This document shows, one piece after another, positions 41,488 through 50,898 of a stretch of DNA of 64,000 bases. Under the pieces are notes generated by a model that saw only the letters and a list, made by a program, of their open reading frames with translations, searched no databases and was not told the origin of the DNA. The position numbers and the translations under genes were made by a program. Position 1 is the stretch's first letter; every line of letters begins with the position of its first letter. This stretch comes from an uncultured delta proteobacterium (lineage in GTDB: Bacteria; Desulfobacterota; Desulfobacteria; Desulfobacterales; Desulfatirhabdiaceae), in contig CAWBKP010000022.1 of assembly GCA_963789395.1 (NCBI GenBank), positions 32,001 through 96,000 on the forward strand, written 5' to 3'.

Positions 41488-42244
41488 TGCCATATCATGA
41501 TCCTGATAATGTTATTTATAGGGCTGACTTTGATGTTTTCACCCAGTTCTGTACTGGCTGATACGTCCCCCATGGTGGAAAAACATATATTTATGCCGGA
41601 AAATCTCGGCGAATCCAAAGAAGAAGTGACTGCGGCGCCCGGATTAATCAGCGGGGCACTGGAAAAAGAAATTCTCTTTACCGGGGTTGTAATATCGCCG
41701 AAAGGCAGATATGTGATGATAACAGAGAGTGGACAAAAGAGTATGAAGTAACATAAAAAAGAGTAAAGATAGAGGTAAAGATAAAACTAAAGATAAAGGT
41801 ACAGGTAAAACCGATATTAAACATATGCTGAAAGTGGGTGACCAGATTAAAGGCATGATGATTCAGGAAATCGGTTCCAATTTCGTGTTGCTGGCCGGCA
41901 AGGAAAATGAGACGGTAAAAATGAATCTGTATAAAGGCGCCAAAGTTCGGCCTGCTCCGGCCCCTGTCGAGACCAGGCCCGAACCAGCTGCCGGAGCCAA
42001 TGAGCCGCATGCCGCCCCAGGCTGCGCCGGAGGCGGAAAAAACCCCGGATGCTCAGTCCCCGCCCGCAGCGGAAAAAGAGCAGCAAGGTCCGCCAGCCGG
42101 CGATTAAAAAGGAAAAACGGCACCGAATACAAACGGTGAGCCTCGGGCAAATCCCTTTGCGGATATGTTCAACAAGTCGCTCCGGGTCGAAAACCGAATG
42201 CCGTTCCAGCGAACCCTTTCAATAATTTGCCCATAAGTCAGTGA
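41488..42244 (+). CDS. GspC/PilP-like T2SS accessory protein (frameshifted, ends approximate)
   Basis: N-terminal hydrophobic segment, ILFTGVVISPKGRYVMI...LKVGDQIKGMMIQEIGSNFVLL (HR-domain-like), Pro/Ala-rich tail with NPF motifs. Confidence 0.6.
41764..41811 (+). repeat. 12-bp period TAAAGAT repeat encoding a Lys/Asp-rich insert
   Basis: TAAAGATAGAGG TAAAGATAAAAC TAAAGATAAAGG, reading SKDRGKDKTKDKG. Confidence 0.65.
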
Positions 42245-42423
42245 GCAGGGACGTCAATCAAGGTTTCAGAAACCTGTTGTCGATAGTAAATAAATGCAGA
42301 TTTTACTTGCAATGCCTAAATAATTTGGATTATAGATCCAAAACAAGAAATATTATACGCAGGTGAATGCCTTGCAGATGCTTGATCTGCAAAATAGAGG
42401 AGAGTTGCTCATTGCGGCATGGG

Positions 42424-42996
42424 ATGAATTATTGTATTAGAAATGGCTGCGTTACGTGCTTGCTGGTTTTTCTTTTTGCGATAACGGCTTTCGGCCAGGA
42501 AGCCGGCGGCGAAAAGGTGATTGCAGAAGGCGATGGCTTCAGTCTGACACGAAAACAATTCGAAGAATATCGATCTGCTATCGCGCCGAAAACAGGGCAG
42601 GCAGACAATAAAAACTTGCTTGATGCTATTATAAAATACGAGCTGTTCAGCAGGGAATATGCAGAAAATCATAAAGAGCTGGGCGGCGTGCCGTATTCGC
42701 AAGGATCCGCCACGATTGCAATGAAGGTTCAGGCGGCATCAATATATACCCAGCAGATATTGCATGATTATATACTGCCGGAGCAAGTAATCGAGTCATA
42801 CTACCTCTCCTATCCGGAAAGATTCAAGGCCGGAAATTCGTCCGGCGGTGGCAAGTCGGTGTTGCCTCTGGATGACAAACTTAAAAAAGAAATAATATTT
42901 TTCGATTGTCGAGAAGAAAAAAAAGCGATTATCGAAGATACGGTTCAAAATCTGATGGCTAAATATCACATCAGAATCATAACCGAATATTTTTAA
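42424..42996 (+). CDS. Secreted SurA/PrsA N-domain-like chaperone without a parvulin domain
   Basis: Signal peptide, LTRKQF..., LLDAIIKYELF, IESYY...PERF and PLDDKLKKEI. This pattern matches the SurA/PrsA flanking helices with no PPIase between them. Confidence 0.5.
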   Translation: MNYCIRNGCVTCLLVFLFAITAFGQEAGGEKVIAEGDGFSLTRKQFEEYRSAIAPKTGQADNKNLLDAIIKYELFSREYAENHKELGGVPYSQGSATIAMKVQAASIYTQQILHDYILPEQVIESYYLSYPERFKAGNSSGGGKSVLPLDDKLKKEIIFFDCREEKKAIIEDTVQNLMAKYHIRIITEYF

Positions 42997-43014
42997 TGTG
43001 TGTTTAAGGATATC

Positions 43015-43492
43015 ATGTTTTTCTTGAAATCTGATTATAAATCTGTTATAGCCATCACAATTGCAATAATGATTTTGTACGGATGTGCGGCATCCATGAA
43101 TAAACACGTGCCGATTGTGTATCCTCAAAACACTGAATTCGGCGGGTGGCCGGATAAAAATTTAGAGAAACGTTTTCAGGAATACTGGTTCAATCGGTTT
43201 GCAGGGCGCGTAGAGGATAACTACCGCATCGAAACCCCTTATTTCCGGGAAGTGATCGGTTTCGAAAGATACAATAATTATGTCAAGGCATGCTGTCATA
43301 AACAAGCTGGTGAATGTGGAAATCCAGAAAATAACCAAAGAAACGGATTTCCTGATCGGCATCGCCTGCGTGATGCGGACACAGCCTGCGAGCGGCGGAA
43401 AACCGTTTGATACGCGGATCATCGACAAATGGGTGTTTATTGACAAAAATTGGTATCATGTCTTAAAAGATGAAATATTGTTGTCGTTGTAA
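43015..43492 (+). CDS. Small lipoprotein, possibly NTF2-like (one frameshift)
   Basis: Lipobox ILYG/C, LEKRFQEYW..R...Y.IETPYFRE, and C-terminal DKWVFIDKNWYH. Confidence 0.65.
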
Positions 43493-43544
43493 TTCAGAAG
43501 AAGTTATTAGCCATGAATAAAATATCATGTAACTGAAATGAAGG

Positions 43545-43555
43545 AAAGGAGGTGA
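43545..43555 (+). promoter_or_regulatory. Orphan extended Shine-Dalgarno (AAAGGAGGTGA) in the leader of the surface protein gene
   Basis: Extended anti-SD match with no start codon at normal spacing, about 80 nt upstream of the true RBS AAAGGAGG (43623-43630). Confidence 0.5.
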
Positions 43556-43635
43556 AGAACAGAAAAGGCTGTCCTTGATACTGAATGTAAAAAATATGGT
43601 TTTGGTTTAGGTCATAAACATTAAAGGAGGAAAAA

Positions 43636-44967
43636 ATGAAAAGATTTTTAAAGTACGCTGCCCTTATCGTAGCAGTATTAATGGTTAGCGGTTCCGCATG
43701 GTCGTACGATGCTTACAACCACATTGCACAGTCTCCGAACAACAAGGGCGATGCGATGATATTCCCTTGGTTTCTTGCCGCTGACGGGGGCTTCTGGAGC
43801 ACTGTAACCATAATCAATACAGACCAGACGAACTCCGTTGTTGCCAAAGTGGTGGCCAGAAGTTATAAAAACAGCGAAGAATTGCTGGATTTCCTGATTT
43901 ATCTTTCCCCGGGGGATGTGTGGAAGGGAATCATTTACTCCGTGGGCGGGATAACCGGTTTCTACAGCGATGATGACAGTATCGTCACCGACGCTAACGG
44001 GACATTCGCCACTCCGGAAGCACCTTTCAATTTCCCGATGTTTCCGGTCCTGTGCGTCACAGACGCGACATCCATCGGATATCTTGAGGTGATCGAGGCG
44101 GCAATCGGCCCGGTTACAAGCGCTACCCACAGTGCTTCGCCCGGTCTTGCAAAAAGTGCTATCTATGCCAAGTACAATCCTGAAATTGCCGCTCCGCTTT
44201 ACACGCCTAACGTATTCTTCACCAATGGCTATAATCCGAATGTGCTGGCAGGATTCATTGAGTTTGGCAGTCCCCTCAATGGCTTAACGACCGCGTACAG
44301 CGCAACGACGTTTGTCCAATATCTGAATTATTACAGACTGAAGCCCAATGTCGAAACCGTTTTTGGCGAAAATTGCAACAACACGCTGGCTGAAATCGAA
44401 GCTGCCCTTGCAAAAAATGATATCGCCATGCCTTATGTCAGTGGTGTTGATAATGCGATTCATTTGATTACTTTTCCAACCAAGAGAAGCATTCCAAAAT
44501 CCAGAGCTCATTGCGCGATCGACGGTGTCGCAAGCCCGTTTTTTTATGCAGAATGCAGATTCCGACATAAAGATTATTGCCTGATGTTTCAAACGACAAA
44601 CTTCGACCTGAAGGAAAACTATAATTCCACGCCTGTCTCCGGTGATGATCGCACGGATTGGCTCTGCAACGAAGTGAACTTCTTGGCGCCAAACGAATTT
44701 CCTGAAGGCTGGTCAAATTATCTGTTTACATACATGGATGGAGATGTGTATAGCTTGTATACATATGATTACAACCTCTACGGTGATGAGCTTTACTATG
44801 AAGGCGCACCGGCGATTGTAACCTGGCTGTACAATGGACCAAGCGGACTTTCAAGCGGCTATGGCGCATGGAGTGATGGGGCTGTTTACGACTATTACTT
44901 TGGTGATTATATACCTTTTTATCAGTACAGCCCGACCTGTATTAAAAAAGGTAAAACATGTTACTGA
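43636..44967 (+). CDS. Secreted cell-surface / S-layer-like protein
   Basis: Intact ORF, Sec signal (AWS/YD), motif GDAMIFPWF...T.IINTD...KV..R...SEELLDFLIYLSPGDVW recalled from proteobacterial surface-layer proteins, strong RBS and its own terminator. Confidence 0.65.
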   Translation: MKRFLKYAALIVAVLMVSGSAWSYDAYNHIAQSPNNKGDAMIFPWFLAADGGFWSTVTIINTDQTNSVVAKVVARSYKNSEELLDFLIYLSPGDVWKGIIYSVGGITGFYSDDDSIVTDANGTFATPEAPFNFPMFPVLCVTDATSIGYLEVIEAAIGPVTSATHSASPGLAKSAIYAKYNPEIAAPLYTPNVFFTNGYNPNVLAGFIEFGSPLNGLTTAYSATTFVQYLNYYRLKPNVETVFGENCNNTLAEIEAALAKNDIAMPYVSGVDNAIHLITFPTKRSIPKSRAHCAIDGVASPFFYAECRFRHKDYCLMFQTTNFDLKENYNSTPVSGDDRTDWLCNEVNFLAPNEFPEGWSNYLFTYMDGDVYSLYTYDYNLYGDELYYEGAPAIVTWLYNGPSGLSSGYGAWSDGAVYDYYFGDYIPFYQYSPTCIKKGKTCY

Positions 44968-45018
44968 CGTAAAAAGATGTTAATACGTCGTTGAAACAAC
45001 AGGTTGTTTAGATTATAG

Positions 45019-45064
45019 AAGGCGTGAGCCATTTTTATTAAAATGACTCGCGCCTTTTATTTTT
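45019..45064 (+). terminator. Rho-independent terminator after the surface protein gene
   Basis: AAGGCGTGAGCCATTTT / AAAATGACTCGCGCCTT stem (one G-U pair, one mismatch) followed by a T-rich tract. Confidence 0.8.
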
Positions 45065-45119
45065 ACAAATGTCGTTGAGCTTGTAACCGGACGCGAATTG
45101 ACCGGAGGGAACGGTTCAG

Positions 45120-45921
45120 GTGCACCTGTTTACCAAGTGGATCAAGACCCCATTTTTACACAAAAACCTTGTTCTGGGGATTTGTAAACCAGGAAATCAA
45201 ATCCAGATATGCCGGATCCATGGGCGGCCTCCTGTGGAGCGTCATTACCCCGCTGGCGAATATGCTGATTTACATTTTTGTCTTCTCGGTCGTTTTCAAA
45301 ATCCGGATGAAACCAATCGAAACCGGAACGGACAGTTTCGTGATGTATCTGCTGGCCGGCCTCCTGCCATGGATTGCATTCAGCGAGGCGGTTTCCGCAA
45401 GCACGGGGATGTTTGTGTCAAAGGCCAATCTGATAACAAAAGTGGCGTTTCCGCTGGAGCTGGTCCCGACCGCGGGCATACTGGTCACCTTTATTCTGAA
45501 CGGCCTGGGATTTGCGCTTTTTCTCATTTATCTGGCTTTTGAAGGCTATTGCCATATCACCTGGCTGTTTCTGCCGGTCATCACCGCGGTCTTCATGGTA
45601 TTCACCCTCGGCCTTGTCGTGCTGATCGCCAGCATCAGCGTCTTTGTCAGGGATATTCAGCAGATCATGGCCAGCTTCCTGTCCTTATGGCTCTACCTGA
45701 CCCCGATTCTTTACCCGATTCAGATGGTCCCGGAGTCCTTGCGGATTTTCTTTCAAATCAATCCCGTCTTCCCCTTTATCGAACTCTATCATCAGAGCCT
45801 GCTGCAGCCAGCCGTGTCGGTCCCCCTGCTGGGGCAGGCCATCGGGTTTGCCATGCTGTCATTTTTTACCGGCGCGTGGTTTTACAATAAATCCAGACAT
45901 GCGTTTGCGGACGTGTTATGA
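45120..45921 (+). CDS. wzm: ABC glycan exporter permease Wzm (frameshift near 5' end)
   Basis: SRYAGS..GLLW...[33 protein letters not shown]. Confidence 0.93.
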
Positions 45922-47091
45922 ACCTGATCTGCGCCGAGGGCCTGTCAAAATACTACCGGATTTACATCAAACCGTTTGACCGGCTGAAGGAAGCATTGTT
46001 GAGGCGTCCCTGCCACAGTCTGGTAACCTCCCTGAAGGATGTCTCCTTCAGTGTGAAGCGCGGTGAAACACTGGGCATTATCGGTGAAAACGGGGCCGGA
46101 AAGTCGACCCTGCTGAAGATTCTGGCCGGAACCACTCAGCCCAGCTCCGGCACGTTGACGCGCTCGGGACGGGTGGCAGCGCTGCTGGAACTGGGCTCCG
46201 GATTTCACCCCGAGTTTTCGGGACGGACGAACATTCATTTGAATGCGGCGCTTATGGGGCTTACGGAGAAGGAGATCCGGGACAGGGAGGAATCCATTAT
46301 CGCATTTTCCGAACTGGCAGGCGGTGATTGACCGGCCGGTAAAGACGTATTCATCCGGCATGTATGTGAGACTGGCCTTTTCAATCGCCACCAGCGTGGA
46401 TCCGGATGTGCTGATCGTGGACGAAGCGCTGAGTGTCGGGGACCAGCACTTTGCCCGGAAATGCGTGGACAGGATGGTGGGGTTTCGAACCGCCGGCAAA
46501 ACCATTATCGTCTGCAGCCACAGCATGTTCATGATTAATGAGCTGTGTGAAAAAACCCTGTGGCTGAATCAGGGAGAAATCAGCGGCAGCGGCAAAACAT
46601 CTACGGTCGTCTCCGAATATCTGGGGTATCTGGAGGCGCGCGAAGCGCCGAAACTGAATCAGCCGGCTGCTGCCGGAGGCCTGATACCCGAGGTGCTCAT
46701 TAACGATGTTCGATTTCTTGACGCTGCGCACCATGAGATGACGTATGCCAGAATGTGCCAGCCGATGACGATTTCATTCAGCACCCGGTGCACGGCCGCG
46801 GATTTTATCGGCCACCTGGCCATCGGTATTGAAAGAGCGGACGGGCAGATGCTGTTTGTCACCACCACCAAAAGCCAGGGGGTGCCGCCCATTCGATTTT
46901 CCGGTGAAAAGCAGTTTGAACTGTACATTCCGTCCTTTCCTTTTTTGAAAGGCTCCTGTCGGGCCAAAGCCGGGGTTACCGATGAAAATGTGCTTCGGGT
47001 GATCGATGAACGTTACAGTGAACCGCTCCTGATCGAGAGCGAACATCCCGAATTCGGCATGATATGGATGGCTCACGAGTGGAAGTGCTGA
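45918..47091 (+). CDS. wzt: ABC glycan exporter ATPase Wzt with C-terminal carbohydrate-binding domain (one frameshift)
   Basis: [24 protein letters not shown] and SHS, plus an approximately 150-aa C-terminal extension. Confidence 0.93.
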
Positions 47092-47996
47092 TACTGATCG
47101 TCTGTTACAATGGCGCCGGTACGGTTTTAAGAACGGTTCAAAGCGCGCTGGCCGCCGCAGCGGATTATTGCCGCGTGCTTGCCGTGGATAACGGTTCAAC
47201 GGATCAAACGCTGCCGCTGTTAAGATCCGTCCGGGACAGCCGGTTTCAGACGATGTCGATGGGCTATAATTCAGGCCTGGGTGCCGCCTTCAATGCCGGC
47301 TTGCGTGCTGCCCGCAACACGGGGGCAACATGGCTGTATATTCTGGATCAGGACAGCGTGCTTGCCGCGGGCTGTCTGGAGAAACTATTTCAGACAGCCA
47401 GGGACCTGCTGAAACAGTCCCCGACCGTTTCTGCAATTTCGCCCACGGTTCGCTGCAGGGCTTTTCCGGAAATTATCCACTATCCCCTGAAATGGAATGG
47501 CAAACAGCTGCTGCCGGAATTTCACGGGACCGAAAGCATGGGGAGCAAAGCCGTTCAGGTGGATTCTCCCATCAGCTCGGGCACCCTGTACCGGGTGGCG
47601 GCACTTGAGGCGATCGGCGGATTTAACGAATCCTATTTTATCGATTTTGTGGATCATGACTGCCATCTTCGTTTGAAACAGGCCGGCTATACCCTGTGGT
47701 GGGAAAAAAGGGCGGAGATGTTTCATCAGCTCGGCGCCATTCAGCGGATGACGGACAGCGGGCTGTGGATCGAGCATGAACCCTTCCGGTACTATTATAT
47801 GGCCCGCAATATGACCGAAGGCCATCGCAGAATCGGCGGCTGGACGTCCATGCTGATGTTCTGGCGGGAGCTGTACCGGCATATGGGCCGGCTCCATGCT
47901 TATGGCCGGTATCCGTATGCCGCAATTTATTATATTTTAAAAGGATGTTTTGATGCAGTTATCGGAAAAAGCGGCCGACTGGCTTCAGACCCTTGA
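47079..47996 (+). CDS. GT2 rhamnosyltransferase-like (RfbF family)
   Basis: VDNGS, LDQDS, ISSG, FIDFVD, RYYYMARN. Confidence 0.85.
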   Translation: MEVLILIVCYNGAGTVLRTVQSALAAAADYCRVLAVDNGSTDQTLPLLRSVRDSRFQTMSMGYNSGLGAAFNAGLRAARNTGATWLYILDQDSVLAAGCLEKLFQTARDLLKQSPTVSAISPTVRCRAFPEIIHYPLKWNGKQLLPEFHGTESMGSKAVQVDSPISSGTLYRVAALEAIGGFNESYFIDFVDHDCHLRLKQAGYTLWWEKRAEMFHQLGAIQRMTDSGLWIEHEPFRYYYMARNMTEGHRRIGGWTSMLMFWRELYRHMGRLHAYGRYPYAAIYYILKGCFDAVIGKSGRLASDP

Positions 47997-48891
47997 TTTC
48001 GGGTATGTGCTTCCCCTTATGGCCAGACTGCCGCTGCCCGTCGGTCAGGCGCTTTCCACAGCCAGAGGATTGCTGAATGCGGCAACGGACTATGAATGGC
48101 GGTCTCTGGCGATTCACTGCAATTATATCCGGGAAAGAACGTATCAGGCCATGAAAATGATGCGGCCCGATGCCGGGGAAAACTACTGGAAGCAGGCGGC
48201 CATCCGGCGATTCATCCATAACTCCCGGGACGAATGGCAGGCCTGCCTGTATGACCTTCCGGTCATGGAGAAAATCTGCCGGCAGAGTTCCGTTGAAGGC
48301 ATCGATGCGCTGCTGGAGCAGCAGGCAAAAGGGCGGGGGATAGCCATGGTGTCCTGCCATTTTGACGGTTTTATGGGAATGGCGCTGCTGGGTATGAAGG
48401 GGCTTTGCGTCAATGCGCTCACAACGGCTGCCGGGAATGAAGATCCCCGCATACACCCTGCGGTCCGGCGTTATCTGAATAAGAAATACCGGAGACTGGA
48501 AAGTCGGATGAATGGTCAAATCGTTTATAAAGAAGACAATATGCCGTTTTTCCAAAAAGCGCTGGCGCGCGGAGAAACCGTTGTGTTGTTCGGAGATGTT
48601 CCCGGATCCAAATCCAGCGTGTTTATTCCGTTTTTAAACGCCAGGTTCAAAGCGCCGCTCGGGGCCTGGCATCTGGCCGCTAAAACCCATAGCCTTATCA
48701 GCGCAACTGTCTGCATTCATGAAGGTGTCGGACGATATCGGGTGATCTGCCTGCCGCCGGCTGAAATCGACCCGAATAGCCCCCTGCATACCCTCCGGCC
48801 CATATACGCCTTTCTGGAAAAACATATCCGGCGGCTGCCGGAAAGATGGGTTGCCGCAGATCTGTTGCCCACGTATTCCGGAATGCAATGA
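47953..48891 (+). CDS. Lipid A/lysophospholipid acyltransferase-like protein (LpxL/HtrB superfamily, divergent)
   Basis: VEGID.L...GRG...SCH, FGDVP, PFL, LEKHIRRLPERW. The canonical H(x)4D/E motif is not intact. Confidence 0.7.
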   Translation: MQLSEKAADWLQTLDFGYVLPLMARLPLPVGQALSTARGLLNAATDYEWRSLAIHCNYIRERTYQAMKMMRPDAGENYWKQAAIRRFIHNSRDEWQACLYDLPVMEKICRQSSVEGIDALLEQQAKGRGIAMVSCHFDGFMGMALLGMKGLCVNALTTAAGNEDPRIHPAVRRYLNKKYRRLESRMNGQIVYKEDNMPFFQKALARGETVVLFGDVPGSKSSVFIPFLNARFKAPLGAWHLAAKTHSLISATVCIHEGVGRYRVICLPPAEIDPNSPLHTLRPIYAFLEKHIRRLPERWVAADLLPTYSGMQ

Positions 48892-50090
48892 TCCCTTTCT
48901 TTCAAATCGACTCCGATTGTTTTGCAAACCAGACAACGCCTGAAAAGCGGCTGGCCAGGGAAATGGGAAAACCGCCCTGGCCGGTGCAGAAGGCAGATGG
49001 TCTGGTGGCTGCCGGCACATGGGCGCAATCCCTGGATTCGGCATATGTCGGAATGATCTTTGATCCGGAATTCTGGTATGACAGCGTCTGCTGGAATCAC
49101 TGGATAGATCAGGTTCAGGCGCAGCCGCCGGATGCCGGGGTGGACGTTCCGCTGGGCAACCAGAATCCGTCGTGGCGAAACGGGCTGAGTGTGCCGCTGT
49201 ATGCGACGCTGAGGCAGCTTGAAAACGCAGCCGCATTTGAAGCGCCGGACTTGTGGCGATCCGCGATCGCAGACCATTCAAATGATTTCGCCGTCTGTGT
49301 CGCCCCTGTCGCCATGCTGCGCAGTTTGCCGGAAACCCTGCTTCTGAAAGATCTTCCGGAATACTGGGTCAATACCCGCCGGCATCTGCGGATATTCTGC
49401 AAAGGATGGCTCCATGCCTTTAACGCCATTCCGGATTCAGGACGGCGGGAAGACCTGGCGGCCATGTGCGACTGGCAGGGAAATGTCCTGGAGCTGGGCT
49501 GCGATCAGGGACTGATGGCCGCAAACATCAGGGACAAGGGGCTGGACGTATCGTGGGTGGGCCTGGACATCAACAGATCCGCTCTGGAGACGGCCCGGGC
49601 CCATGTCCGGATGGCTGTTCAGGCGGACCTGACCCGGACACTTCCTTTTGGCACAGGGGAAAAATTCGATCGCATTGTCTGTGGAGACGTTCTGGAGCAT
49701 CTGGCATATCCCTGTGATCTTCTGGCCCAGCTTCGGGCCTTGATATCGCCGGAAGGGATCCTGGTGGCGTCGTTTCCGAATATCGGGCACTGGTCCGTGA
49801 TCGAAGATCTTCTGGCCGGCAGATGGGATGAAACGCCATCTGGAATTTTTTGTCTTACCCATCTTCGCTTTGGCACGCGAAACACCTGGAACCGGTGGTT
49901 TAAACAAGCCGGCTGGCAGATACATACCTGGGAGTCGGAAACCTTGCCCACCCCTCCGAACTGGACGGAAATGCTGAAAGTTCCGCCGGTTGAATTCGAT
50001 GTGCAAAGTCTTGAAACCCTTCGCTATCGCGTGGCCGCGGTTCCCGACAATAGAAGCCTCGCCAAAAAACAGGTGGCTTCGTTAAAATGA
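48888..50090 (+). CDS. Class I SAM methyltransferase with N-terminal extra domain
   Basis: VLELGCDQG, GDVLEHL, SFPNIGH, THLRF. Confidence 0.85.
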   Translation: MIPFFQIDSDCFANQTTPEKRLAREMGKPPWPVQKADGLVAAGTWAQSLDSAYVGMIFDPEFWYDSVCWNHWIDQVQAQPPDAGVDVPLGNQNPSWRNGLSVPLYATLRQLENAAAFEAPDLWRSAIADHSNDFAVCVAPVAMLRSLPETLLLKDLPEYWVNTRRHLRIFCKGWLHAFNAIPDSGRREDLAAMCDWQGNVLELGCDQGLMAANIRDKGLDVSWVGLDINRSALETARAHVRMAVQADLTRTLPFGTGEKFDRIVCGDVLEHLAYPCDLLAQLRALISPEGILVASFPNIGHWSVIEDLLAGRWDETPSGIFCLTHLRFGTRNTWNRWFKQAGWQIHTWESETLPTPPNWTEMLKVPPVEFDVQSLETLRYRVAAVPDNRSLAKKQVASLK

Positions 50091-50836
50091 CTGGTGTAGA
50101 AAAACCGGCTGCAGCCTGGCTCAACATGCTGAAGACGCAGCTTGCAGCCTGGAATGCCAAACCTGCGTTACGATTTGTCTATACGGAGTGGTTCAAGGAA
50201 ATCGCCGCTTATCTCTGCCCGGGCGTTTCGGTTGAAATCGGCTGCGGCATCGGACGGATGAAAACCGTTATTCCGGAGCTGTATTCGATGGACCTTGTCA
50301 AGACACCCTGGACGGACATCGTTGGGGATGCACACCAGCTTGCGGTCAAGAACAACAGCATATCCAATCTGATTCTATTTGATGTGCTGCATCATCTTCC
50401 CTTCCCCTTGACATTTTTATCAGAAGCCTTTCGTGCGCTGCGCTCAGGCGGCAGACTGATCATCGTCGACCCTTATATATCGCCTTTTTCAGGGTTGATG
50501 TACGGATTGTTTCATCCCGAGCCCTTCAGCTTGAAGCATAATCCTTTCAAATCGACCTCCGCCCTTTGCTCAATCGACCCGCTGGGCTCCAATCAGGCAA
50601 TCGCCACCCTGTTGTTTTACAGACACAGGAAGGCGTTCCGAAAACAATTCAACGATTTTCTGCCGATCATGCAAAAGCGATTTGCTTTTTTCGCCTATCC
50701 TGCAACAGGCGGGTTTGGCTCCACCGGCTTGATTCCGGATAAATGCATCTGTGCACTGCATCAGATTGAGTCGATATTGAAGCCATTATCGGCCATGCTT
50801 GCATTCCGGTTGATGGTTGTACTGGAGAAACGTTAA
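50087..50836 (+). CDS. Class I SAM methyltransferase
   Basis: EIGCGIG, DAHQL, DVLHHL, SNQA. Confidence 0.85.
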   Translation: MTGVEKPAAAWLNMLKTQLAAWNAKPALRFVYTEWFKEIAAYLCPGVSVEIGCGIGRMKTVIPELYSMDLVKTPWTDIVGDAHQLAVKNNSISNLILFDVLHHLPFPLTFLSEAFRALRSGGRLIIVDPYISPFSGLMYGLFHPEPFSLKHNPFKSTSALCSIDPLGSNQAIATLLFYRHRKAFRKQFNDFLPIMQKRFAFFAYPATGGFGSTGLIPDKCICALHQIESILKPLSAMLAFRLMVVLEKR

Positions 50837-50898
50837 TATGCGCCGATTTGAGCTGACCCGTCAGCAAGCATGCACAACCTGGAAATCCTATCCGCAGC

